From positions 70,443-134,442 of the forward strand of contig MU619308.1 of the NCBI GenBank assembly GCA_025201805.1: 64,000 bases of DNA, in the 5' to 3' direction. A model generated the notes under the pieces. The model saw nothing but the letters and a program-made list of their open reading frames with translations. It ran no database searches and was not told the origin of the DNA. A program made the position numbers and the translations under genes. The DNA is from Parasitella parasitica NRRL 2501. Taxonomy: Eukaryota; Fungi; Mucoromycota. Positions 12,710 to 24,642 of this stretch are shown piece by piece (within the stretch, counting starts at the first letter, position 1; every line of letters begins with the position of its first letter).

Positions 12710-13696
12710 TTAACCCATAACGAGCGAAGGTTTGTCCATCAAAAATGGTGGGTTCTTATATTGTAGAGGTTTATAAGACCAATCTTGTTCTTGCTGCTGT
12801 TGCTTTTGCTGATGCTGTTGCTGATGCTGTTGTAATTGTGAAAACGAAGACTTTTGAGAAACGATTGGAGTGTCAGGCATTTTAGGGTGTTGTAGATTTA
12901 AAGAATAGGACAAGGAAGATCTACTATAATTATTGGTCGTAGCTGCCAATACAGAGGGAGCATCCGTGGCATCACAGCAAAGATCAGAGTCCACCCAATC
13001 TGGAAGATACGCTTCAGCGACTCCATGGTTGGTTCGCCACCAGTAGGTACGACGTACTGAGAACCGATTTAGCTGATGGGAAGTAGGTTCTATTTTACTT
13101 TGATTGCCTGATTCAGAGCGATCACTAAAAGATATTTCGAGCAGTACATCCAAATCAGTTGGACTATTGTACTCGATGTGCCTTTTTAAGCTGGCATCTC
13201 TACGAATGGCTATTTTGGTGAAGCCATTTCGACGCATCTGCTCAATCTGCTTATTTGTGGATTTGTCTAGCTGAAGCCATTGGTTCTCTTGCCATTCAAT
13301 CTCATATTTAGGTGCAAAAGGGCGAGTGATACGATGACGCTGATAGTTGCGTCGATCGGAACGAGTCATCCTGTAACGCAGAAATTGGCCAAGTGGCACA
13401 GAGTCTTTGCTGTGAACACTATCATCGCTTTTGTTTGGTTTTGGCAGTTGCATACGGCCTATTTTCAAGGAATCCGTGGGTGTCGGTGGTGTTGATATGG
13501 TGGTAGAAGGAGAAGCAGTAGTGGTAGCAATAGGTGAAGGAAGCGCGGCTTCCGATTTTCTAGTTGTGATTTTTGGCATCAAGGGAGCAACTGTGGTAGG
13601 TATTGCCTTTTCATTGGACACCCGCTCCTCCGGCATTGTAGGCCGCTTGTGCTTATTGAAGAGTGATGATAGTTTGAACCAGGTGTTGCTATTCAT
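12710..13696 (-). CDS. Intronless 328-aa hypothetical protein with a possible WWE-like domain and low-complexity (S/T/P, polyQ) flanks
   Basis: Clean ATG-to-stop ORF. The central KYEIEWQENQWLQLDKSTNKQIEQMRRNG...RFSVRR resembles the WWE W-x4-W...IE...VRR pattern. A TATATA element lies on the minus strand near 13765. Confidence 0.65.
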   Translation of the reverse strand: MNSNTWFKLSSLFNKHKRPTMPEERVSNEKAIPTTVAPLMPKITTRKSEAALPSPIATTTASPSTTISTPPTPTDSLKIGRMQLPKPNKSDDSVHSKDSVPLGQFLRYRMTRSDRRNYQRHRITRPFAPKYEIEWQENQWLQLDKSTNKQIEQMRRNGFTKIAIRRDASLKRHIEYNSPTDLDVLLEISFSDRSESGNQSKIEPTSHQLNRFSVRRTYWWRTNHGVAEAYLPDWVDSDLCCDATDAPSVLAATTNNYSRSSLSYSLNLQHPKMPDTPIVSQKSSFSQLQQHQQQHQQKQQQQEQDWSYKPLQYKNPPFLMDKPSLVMG

Positions 13697-14411
13697 TGCA
13701 GATTTCGATAATAGAGGGCTATGAAGTGAGAAGATGCAAATTTACAGTAAGACAATCATTGTATATATAGTTTTTTTCTATGTTTGTGAGACACAACCTA
13801 ATCGTTAGTATATAATGCTACCCTAATCTTGATGTTTATTATTTCCCTCTCTTTTTTTGTCATATCCGAGATTTTCTTTTTTGAAATCAGGAGACAGGAG
13901 AGATTACATACACGTTATGTAGGTGAGTTAAAACGGATAACATAACCACGGAACAAAAATTGGCTTAGTATTCCGAACAACAGTGCAGTTGAATTGGCCA
14001 CTACTCAATGCAGCCCTCATGATAAAAGATTGACAACATGTTGGTCATATGGTCAGAAGTTATATTTAAGGCGGGAAAAAAAAACAAAAAGCTTTTATTT
14101 ATCGCCAACATGAATGTATCATATACTTATTCGTGTTCAAACAAGCCGGAATCTCATAGTGTCGCCCTGTTGGCTGTGCAACCATCACACATTCATATTT
14201 CACACAATTTTTTTCCAGCCGCTAGGCTTCCGAAGTGGGTGCTCTTTTCAATAAGAAAACATGATTTACCATGCAAATGTATACATTTAGTATTATGAAA
14301 TTAAGATTACACAGCAGATTTAGAGTGAGGATGTGCTCATTTATGTAATGTATAATTAGAAATAGTCATATATATAAGAAGCGAGAAAATACAAATAAAT
14401 AAACAAAAGAA

Positions 14412-17400
14412 TTATCTTTTGGATGTGTTACTAGCATTTGCAGTAGTATTGGAAGTGGTGGCCGAGATGTCAGCCTTGACCATTTTAAGTACTATTTGGT
14501 TGCCATCTTCATCGGTTTGAATGAATTTGTCTCCATCAACATAGCCAGAAGACGAATTGGATGACCTGTTTGTTAAACTACTGCTGACGCCACTGCCCCT
14601 TCTAATAATCGGTGTACCGACAATCGGCCCCATAGGCGATCCACTTCTGGTCGTTACTGAAAAAGACGGCGCATCGTCCACGGCATCTTTGAATGTGTTT
14701 ACTGTGACGTATTGTGTCTCTCCAGTCTCTGACTTGGTCGCTAATCCATCGCTATGACCGTGATCTATAGGGACGAAAAAATTAGCATCAACATCATCAT
14801 ATCTGCTTCATACCGTTTCATACCTTTCATAAACCTGGAAGAACGTAGCACACAAGCACAAAACAGGGAAGGATATGATATCATTTTTAGTAGTGTCATA
14901 CGTGATTGTTCAAACAACACTTCTTACCTTGATAGTTCCTCCCAGCCACCACCTACGCGAACCATAACCATTTTACTGGGCAAAATACGACAATACACCA
15001 ATCTAGGATGTTCATCACCAAACCAGTATTTACCAGCTTCACCAGGAACCATTTTGACCTTCATTTTATAGGGGCTATCATTCACAATCAAGCCCAATTG
15101 TACATCAAGTTCATTCTTTGGATCCGAAACGTAGTTTTTGCTGGAATTAGAGGGCGACGAAGGCGTTTTGGATGATCTTCGAGTGGCTGTATGACTAGGC
15201 GATGTCATCTTCATTTCTGTAGAGAGCGTAGATGACCTAAAGCTACCCACAGGCCGTGGTGCCGATGCTGGCGAGTGAGGCCCGTTCTTTGATCTACGCG
15301 ACCTCCGCTCTTTGGGCGTCGATTTAGCCATAGCCAACTTGGTGAAGAACTCATGGTTCAATTCCTTGATGCAAGTTTGCAGCTCCTTCTCGCGAGATGA
15401 TACAGATGCTTGCATGTCGGCCCAGTCCTTCTTGGTCTTTTTCAGCCGCTTTGCTACTCGTTCGTTGTCATCCAGGAACTGCTTTTGCGATTCTGATTTC
15501 ACTTTGACTAGCAAATCTAAAATACGGGGCTCGCTTTTCTTGTATGTGGATACTAACCGCTTAAGCAACGCCTGCAAGTCAGACTTGTTGAACTTGGATC
15601 CTACAACGCTCGCATGCTGTGCCGATGTTTCTTCCACCACTTTGGATAAATAAGCAATCTCTGCGTCAATCTGATCGGTGATACCAAAGAATTCAGTGAT
15701 GCTTCCCTCAGTATGTGCTTGCTTTCTGCGGTGCTTGACTAATTGACGCAGATCTTCAATAGATTTTGAGAGCTTTTCTCGCTGGTTCTTTAGCGACAGT
15801 GTTCCTGATGTAGGCGACGAGCCAGTGACAACCTCACTGCGGCTTATACTCTTCATCAAATTTTCAATATCGCAGGAGCTCTTTTTCAGGGTAACATCTA
15901 TTTCCTCCTGAATCTCGTCCAGCTCCTGTTCTTCTACAGATACATTTTTGCCAGATAGCTGAAGTGCCTCAACCCTATCCTTCAAATCTTCAACATACTT
16001 TAATGATTCTGCAAGTTTGGATGATACAGTTTGGCGTTTATGCAGAATGTCAAGTCTGTCTCTCGTGTCATCGGCGGAAGATTTGATTTCGGCCCACTTT
16101 CTGTTCATGTCATCTCTACGTCTGTCTACAGCTTTGGTGATTGCGCCTGTTCGAGTGGCGCTTATTCGTCTGTTGAGGTTCTTTTCTAAATCGCTGCATT
16201 TTTGGAGGAATTCTTGGATAGATGCTTCAATGGATTCGTAGCGCTGCATAAAGTCTCGCAGCTCGGGCAGATCTCGAGTCCTTGCTGCTCTGGTGGATGC
16301 CTTATTGCCATTATAAGATCGAGACCCCGTAGCTTTGAGTTCTGTAACGGATCTGCTAATTTCCCTCTCGAATTTCATCAAACGGCTCAATAACTTGAGA
16401 GATGTAACATAGTCATTTTCAGTCTTGAGAGCAGCTTTGAGCTCTTGGAGCAGCTTTTCCAGTCCTGACTTGTATTCCTCCACCTGAGAAACAGGATGTT
16501 CATATGTCTTGACAAGCTTGGTGGCCTGATCTGACACAATGCCGTCATACTTGATCTTGCATTCGCTGCCAATGTCTTGGATATGTGACAACGCTGCGCT
16601 GTACGCAGTGATAATATTGTTGATAGAGTCGATTTTTTTTAGCTGGTGTTCAGGATTAGTATTTGCCTGCTGACGAATATAAGATATTTGGTCTTCGCAA
16701 GTCTTTGACACTTTGGCGACCTCATTTTTGAACATTTCAAACAATGTGAGCCTTTCTTTATCCAGTCTTCTCTGGTCCAATACTTTTTGGATTTCATTTT
16801 TCAATGCTCGTATCTCCTGGCTGCGCTTCATGAATCCAGTTTTGTTGGCTTCATCTTCAGACAGATCAGTAGAGTTTTTCACTGTGCTTTCTAGCTCTTC
16901 TTGGCTCATCGACAGAGCAGCCAATCTCTTTTCATACTTTAGAAGCTTGGTCTTGGTCGTAGAAGATGGCTGATTCACAACCAAAATCTTGTCCATATCG
17001 TCTTTTAATTTCTTGAGCGAGGACTCAAGCTTGTCCAGCTCATCACATCCCTCAATCCACTTGGAAGTTCTTGTCACAAAAGCCGCCAGGCCCGAGTTTT
17101 TGCCTTGCAGCGTTTTCCAAGCGAAATCCACGTTTTGCTGCACTTGCTTAGATTCAGGGGTAACAACACCCTGCACTCTCATGCCAGTATAATACGAGCA
17201 TGAGTCGTCATAGAAGCCTTGACATTCCAGCACTGCCTCCTTGATCTGCTTGTGAGCATTTTTTAGTTCTTTAAAGTGGTCCAGGCGTTCCCCTGCTGTT
17301 TGTTTATCCGTGGTCGTACTAAATTTACCATACTGTACTTGTGATATTAGAGATATGACCCTTTCTGCAGAGCTGTGGAACAGTTCTGAATTCTCGGCAT

Positions 17401-20400
17401 GCGTGTTCCGAAGACGGCTTGCATTGATCATGTCGTATAGACTCGTCAGCGATGCCCGAATATTAAGCACAGTGTCTCCAGCTATGTCCAATTTGGCCAT
17501 CAGGGACTCAATCATGTCTGCAGTTATCGTGTGTTTGTACTCTGCGATTTCCAAATGAAGACGATCATATTTTTTGGACTCGAGGAAATCAATACGCTTT
17601 TGCCACCCGCTAATCTGTTGGTCTGTTACATTGGCCGCCTCAGTAGCATTGATGTCGCTTTCGAGCGATTCAAAGGATGTCATCAGATGAGCAATGCGGT
17701 TGCTTAATTCGGCTGGTAAAAGTGCGATGGATAATGCATTGGATACCTCTTTGGTCTCTGATAGTAGGTCATTCCACTGATGGCTGATAGCTTCAAAGCT
17801 TTCGCACACCTGATCGTATTCTTGCAGCTTATCTTGCTTCTCTTCGTCGCTGAGCAGACCTTGCTCGTCAAACAGTTGAATGTACTTTTCTCGATAATTG
17901 CAGAGCAGAGTGAAGTTGTTGTCTTGGGCCTTCATGGCTGTTTGAATGCTCTCAGCTTCGCTTACTGCGTCCCTTAAATGGTTGATGTCCATCGACAAGT
18001 TTTCGTCGTCTAGAATATGCACACTCTTTTCAAGAACATCTCTTCTTGACGAAATCCAAGTGTTACAGACATTGATTTGCCGTTTGAATGTCTCCAAAAT
18101 ATACTGAAGCCGAGTAAATACTTCTTGAGATTTGAGTAACGAGGACAAGCTTTGGACCAATTCATCCAGCCTTGAGATCTTTGTAGAAATCACATCTTGA
18201 ACCACCGAATTCATGGTTTTGTCTTTTACTTTTGTAGGCATTGAAATGTCTTCTTCGTTGGATCTCTTGGGAACGAGGATATCATTGCTCGCAAAAGCCT
18301 TGACTTTGTCGACTCGCGCGGTGAATTCCTCGAGCCTCTTGGTTAATTCAGAGGAAGATGCGGCTAATTGAGGCACATGCTCGCCCGCTGATGATGTCAA
18401 GAATAGCTCTCTGATGGCTTCCGCATCCTTCTCCAAATCTATCGATTGCTGCAGGAATCGATCAATCTGCTTCTTTTGCGTGATGAGCTCTTGGGCATAA
18501 GAAATGTCAGCATCAACGTAGACTTCGGCTTGGTTCAGCAATTCGATTCGCTTGGCATGCAATTCAGACATGAAGCCAGGCTTCAATGCATCAGAAATAC
18601 TTTGCAGCGATTGATATTGTTGCTTGATATCGGATAGAATAGAAGACCGATAGTCGTCAAAAGATGATTTTTTCACCTTCCACTCGGATTCAATGCTGTC
18701 TTGTTGTGATAAATCTGGATTCCATCGACCTTTCTCTTCGACAAAAGACGCAAGGTCCTTCCTCTGCTGGTCGAGCTGAATCATGGCCTGCTTGATGCTG
18801 ATTTCAAGATCAATTCTCTGCTGAATATACTCCAACTCGTTGGATCTCCAAAGAAGCGCGTCTTGCAGCTTGGTATAAGATCTGTTTAGCATGTCCATTT
18901 TCTCTTGGATGTGGATTGGTATGGATTTGGTCAGAGGCAGCTTGACAAACAGCGATGTCACTTGTTCGAACTCTGATTCCACTGGGTTCAAGACATCTAG
19001 CTTGTAGCGCTCGGCTTGTTGAGAAATATCAGATCGATGATCAACTAAATCTTGGATTGTTTCCTTGGATAACGTATCTTGTTGCGCTACACATTTATTC
19101 TTCTTCGAAACGTATTCCAAAAGCTGTTGGTTCAGAGAGTCCAGACGATCTAGGCTATTGTCCATATTGGCTTCCCATTCCAGCCGCTTTTCACCCGTTT
19201 CCAGCATGAGTAATTGTGTAGTAAAAGACTGGCCGAGCAAAAGCATGCTGCGAGACACACACTCCCCCAGATTTCGACATGTCTCTGCTGTTCCCTCCAC
19301 GGCAGATGAGGCATCACCACTCACTTGTTTTGCCAGCTCCTCAAGACACATCTGAAGGTCAGAAACTCGGGTGGATTCAAATTCGCTAAATTCTGATGCC
19401 AAGCGACTGTGTTCTGATTTGAACATGGTAATCATATCCAAGGACAGATTACTGGATACAGCAGTAATGTCTATATGGTTTCTGTTCAACTTTCTGGTCA
19501 ACTGGTCAATCCAATCCTGGATTCCGCTTGCTTCGGCTTGGTGTTTCAGCAGCTTAGACTTGATGGAGTCTGCATACTTGTAAGAAGACAGAATGGCTGC
19601 TAGCGATTCATTTAGCTTCATCAGGGCATCCACGTTTTTGTTCACCAAAACTGTTATTTGAGTATTGTAGTCTTCAGTAGATACCAGCGTCTGTGGCTGT
19701 AATGAGGCAAACCAATCTCCTCCCTGTAATGGCTCAATGGATTTTCCTTGTTCAACCAGCTCCAGGATTTGGGTTTTGATACTAACGATTTGCTCTTGTA
19801 GCTGCTTTTGTTCTTCGGCAATGGTGTCATTGGCAGTGGTAGCGCTGGTGGTCGTCGATGTGGACGTAGATGTTGCAGTGGTCAATTTGGTGGATGACGT
19901 TGTCTCCCTTAGAGAGTTTTGAATGGCTTCTTTTGCTGTCTCCCCTTGCGATTGAAGTTGCTGGGATCTAGCAACAAATTCAGCAATCACATCGTGTTGC
20001 TTCAGCACGTCAGAGACATAATTAGATAGCAGTTGCAAGTGGTAGTAGTCAGACTTGATATCATTTTGCTTCTCAAGGATGAATTCAGGTGTTGCGTCTT
20101 GTTCGTTCACGTAAGCAGCATAAGTGTCCTGTAGCTGTTCGAACGCATCGTCAGAGGCAATAATCAGCAGATTGCTCTTTGATGTTTCAAGCTGGTCCAG
20201 GATTTGCGCGTGCAAATCTTGCTTATTCACTTGAATCTCTTGGGATAGTGCTTCCAAGTCACTTCTTCTCTTTTTTAGGCCCTCGGCATCGTACTGGGCA
20301 AAACGGTTGTCGAAATCCCAAAGCGTATGGGCTATTGCATCGATAGCACGATGCGCTTCCTCCCATTGAGCCTCCCAGACAATCCGCTTTCGTACAACAT

Positions 20401-23400
20401 TGATTTCCTGCTTTCTAAGCTCCAATGCTTCCTTGAGATCCGAATGTCCCTGCTCAAGATTTTCAATGCCATTCACCAGAGTTTGACGATCTATAGTCAC
20501 TGAGTTGACACTGTCGATTTCAACTTCCAGCAGACGCACTGCATCGAGGACTCTGTTCATCTCATGTTTTTCAAGATGTGCCAGCTTTAAAGCAACGCTG
20601 TCTTGCTCTTTTTCTAGTCGTTCAATTGTCTCTGTTTCTAGTTCGATGACATCCTCTTGGTCCAGTAGCATGGAAGAGTCAAACTTTTGGATAGCACGAA
20701 GCCTGTCCTCCAGCCAAGTGGTGATGCGGAACATGTCATCGTAAGCCAAACTAGCTCTCTGCTGAAGCGACAAGTTTTCACGGTGAGATGCAAGCAGCTC
20801 TTCGAGATCTTCTGTGATTTCAGCAAGATAAATGGCATGTTCGTTCATGCGGTTTCGAATAGCTTGGTTTGCCTCTTCATTAGACCCGTCTTGGTCCTCT
20901 AGCATATCAGGCAGTTCTGGATAAGGAGCACGCTTCATCAGCACTGTGACCCAATTTGAAGAGTTGTCTTTGAATACTTGAACTCGCTCGTGGTAGTTGG
21001 CATCGCCTGTATGGTTAGCTGCAGTGGATGTGCTTGAGGACTGGGACATGGAACGCTTTAGCTTTTCTCCTTCCACCCGCAGCTTTTTAAACTGTGCTGC
21101 AATATCGCTCACAACTAAATACTGCTCCACGACTTTACGAGCAAAGGCACACTGCTTCATCACCAGCTCAAACTGCCTTTCAAAAGCATCTTGTCTGTCT
21201 TCCAGATGCTGGGGTAATGGGCTTTGTAATTCTTCCATTTCCTGGTAGACATCCAGCACTAGGGAGAAATCGCCCTTGTCAAATTCAGCAATACTGTTTT
21301 CCAGAGACACCAAGATCTGGATCACTTCCTCAGTCAGCTGCTTGAGTTGATGGTTTGACAACTCTTCCTCGTCCGAGTGATCCCTAGTCCACCGTGCCTT
21401 CTCCAGTATAAAGTCTTGTATAGCTCTCTCTTTGGCTTGGCACCATTGTATGGCCTTGTCCATCAAAGTGTCCCATTCAATGCGCACTTTTAATGTATCG
21501 ACCAGCTTGGAACGTGTCCGTAGCATGTGCATCATGCGATCCAAAATTGTCAGTGTAGTCAAGGTGATTTCAATGGTGGAAGCGTCTGCAGGGGTTAGGC
21601 TGCGGTCCGTTGTGCCTGTTAGTACACGAACATGCGAGCGTAATCGCGTCATGTCGTCCTGGTTGAAGCGTTCGATTTCGCGCCGCAGTTTGTCGTGATG
21701 GTCATAGAGTTGCTCTGTAGTTGCCGTGTCCCACTTACTAGCCATGAACTCTTTGCTGAGCGGGTCCACTTGGACCTCTTGATTGCGCTCCTCAATCACT
21801 CGAGTACGCTCCTCAATCCAGGCGCGAATGCGTTCGGCCTCTACAAACCAAACTCGCACTTGATCCACCCATGCATTGACAGTTTCGTACTTGCTCTCGA
21901 CGCCAGAAAAGAGCTCAGCCAGCCTTTTGTCGCCTTCAAAGAGATCGCAGTACTCTTCCTTGGTGTTGAAGATGGTCGACCGAACTGCGGATACCTTGCT
22001 TTCCAGCAGCTGAATGGCATCGTTCGTGGTTGCCTTTTCCTGACTATTGTTGTCGCCCATCATTGATTCTATCGTCTCCAACTCGCTTTCCATAGATTGC
22101 ACTGTGCTGATAACCACCAGACCTCGCTCAAAATTTTTGAGGGACTGGCGCTCTCTTTCCACATCAATGACCAAGGCATCGTACATCCCAAAGATCTGCG
22201 TAGATCTGGCAGATATCGTTTGCATGACGGAGCGTGGCAGTTGCCGTGTTGCCACCTTGAAATTTTTCCACACGGTGTTCTGGTACACACTGAACTTTTC
22301 ACAGAACGCATGCAAGCTTGCCTTGTAGGCATCCGCATCGACTTGCGACCCCTCCAGAGGATGCAGCGAGGTGTGGTCGTCAGTAGGAGACACTTGGCCA
22401 AGCAGCTGCTTGTATTCAGCCAGCTCCTTCTCCAACACATTGGCGCGTGCCTGATACTCTTCAGCACCTTCTTCGGTATCAATCAGTGCACTTTCCACTG
22501 TCAACAGATCGTCCTTGGTGGTGTTCAAAAGGTCGTTGAATTGGTCCCACTCCTTCAGTAAGATGTCGTACAGCTTGGATACTTGAGTTCGTTGCAAGTC
22601 AGTTAATCTGATGAGCGTGTCGTCTGCAGTTTCAGGTGGTGATGTCAAAATGTCCTTTGCCTTCTCCGCCGTCTCCAGATGCTCTACCTCGCTGTCAGCT
22701 TGCTCCTCAATGATCTCCAATGCATCGATGTATTCGGATACAGCCAGGGAGCTTACGAATTCCTCTGGTATTTCGTCAATCGTGCGTGTGTTTAGTTTGA
22801 TGAATGAAAGGACGGTTTCGTGGATAGTCAGCAGTTGATCGAGGATCGGATGCACACCGTGGGGTAGATGGCCAGTCAGCTGCATCAGCAGTTTGCTGTT
22901 CAAGTCTGCTTTGATGCGGGCCGTGTCTTCTTTTCCCAAGGTGGACTTTCGCTGTGCCATCTTCTTTTTTCGGCGCGCAGAGGGCATTGGGATTGGGACA
23001 GGCGGCTCTAGGTGCTGTGGCGAGGCTGATGGCAGGGATGAATTAGCGGGTATAGGGGATTCGGTTTCAGGGATGGTTTCGAGCTCTTCCGGCTCCTGCT
23101 CCTGGTCTTCTGCAGCGAGTGAACCCCCAGCGGCCATGACAATCGCAGCTTTTCGTTTTACGGCGCGTTCTCGTTTTAAATTTATCGGCTCGTCTCTCTG
23201 GAACTTTGACATGACCTTGTAATATTCACTGACATACATGATCACACTGGGCTCATGCGGATATTCAACGTCTACCAAGTCTTCAGGCTCTAAGTAAGCC
23301 TGAATACCCATTTCATTGGTACCAAGATCAAACGCTAATCTCAGCAGCTGGTGCCATGTGTGCTTCTCTGCCAGATCCGCCGAGAGATGAGTATTGAACA

Positions 23401-24390
23401 AATCGGGTATATAAGCAGGGTTGTGCCGATGTATAAGTAAACAAAACGCAACTCCTGTTCTCCAGGACCTTGAAAAATCCTGGATGGCTGGTATGAGATT
23501 TGCAGCAATGTAATCCTCAAGCTGGATGCGAACCCAGTATAAAAGTGCCACTTTAGCCTCAGCGGTGGATGATGTGTGTTGTAGCTTGTCTGCTATGGAG
23601 TTTTGGCTATTGAATTTGCGAGACGACGATAGTGGCAGTGGCGTATTAAGGGCTGCTGCTGCCGCTGCTACTGCTGCTGCTGCTGCTGCTTGCTTGTTGA
23701 CTTCCACGTTAAAATCTGACTTGGCTCCGTTTTCTCTCTCTGACAAATTCTATTTTTGCAAAAACAAAAACAAAGTGTTAGATCCATAGCACATCCCTGT
23801 GGTGCACAGCTAAACCAACTCACACATAAAGACTGCATGTAATCATCGCCATGCTCAGTGACAATCAGCTGGATTTGGTACTTTAGCATGATGAAGAAGA
23901 TCAATGCCAACGTTTTTTTAGCGTCCCCGTTGACGATAGCCTCGTTTCCAATATCGGGCATAGTGTCTGATCCAACCTGCTTTTCTAAAAAGCCAAGCGC
24001 CTGAGCAACATTAGCAAGTTGATGAATGCGCATGTTCATACGCTCTGGCTTCGGCGCTGGTTCGCTGGATACGATTGATAGAAGCTTCAGCAGCTTTTTG
24101 CCATCTCGCAGATCGGTTTTGATATTATCAATAGATTCGTCCACCTGCTTGAGCTGTGCATTCACCCACTTTGTCAGGGTACGGATTTGTATGTCTTGGT
24201 AGTCTGATCCAATGTTGCGCACAATGTCGTCGCCAACAAAGTCGTATCCGATGGTGTTTTGGCGGGAGCGAGAAACTGGTTTTTTGCTGTTCTGGAAAAG
24301 AGAGCGATTGGACCCTGACTTTACCATGCTTGATCCAAAGAGTCGACTGGACGTCGACGGTGAAGTCGCGTTCGATGAGGAATTGCTCAT
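14412..24390 (-). CDS. Giant actin-microtubule cross-linker (spectraplakin-like): tandem calponin-homology domains, long helical spectrin-like rod, C-terminal GAS2/GAR domain (~3250 aa)
   Basis: CH1 (DIQIRTLTKWVNAQL..DLRDGKKLLKLL..NVAQALGFL..IVNGDAKKTLALIF) and CH2 (ALLYWVRIQL..DFSRSWRTGVAFCLLIHRHNP..PHEPSVIMYVSEYY). About 2500 aa of helical repeats with periodic Trp follow, then GAR (GKYWFG..RLVYCRILPSKMVMVRVGGGWEELSRFMKDH). Exons ~24390-23824, 23749-14928, 14834-14824, ~14765-14412. Confidence 0.88.
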
Positions 24391-24452
24391 ATTCCAACTG
24401 TTGTTGTGCAGAGAAGGAAAATAAAAGAGGAGATGTTGTTATGATAGACGTA

Positions 24453-24462
24453 NNNNNNNNNN

Positions 24463-24512
<50 letters not shown>
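24453..24512. other. Assembly gap (10 N) abutting a ~50-nt poly(A) run
   Basis: N characters followed by an A homopolymer, just upstream of the spectraplakin-like start codon. Confidence 0.95.
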
Positions 24513-24515
<3 letters not shown>

Positions 24516-24642
24516 GTAGAACTCTCAAGAGAAAACAGAGAGAGAGAGCGAGAGGCTGGGAGAGGGGCTGCATCCAACAATTTAAGCGGATGATACAAAA
24601 CCCTTTGTGTAATGTTTATTTCGAAATTACATTTGTAAAAGA

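Noticed and set aside
15312-23789. Numerous plus-strand ORFs of 60-150 aa
   Set aside because: Antisense shadows of the long spectraplakin-like exon.
24128-24598. ORFs with poly-F or poly-K tracts
   Set aside because: Artefacts of the poly(A) run and N gap; likewise 27798-28106 and 8755-8961.
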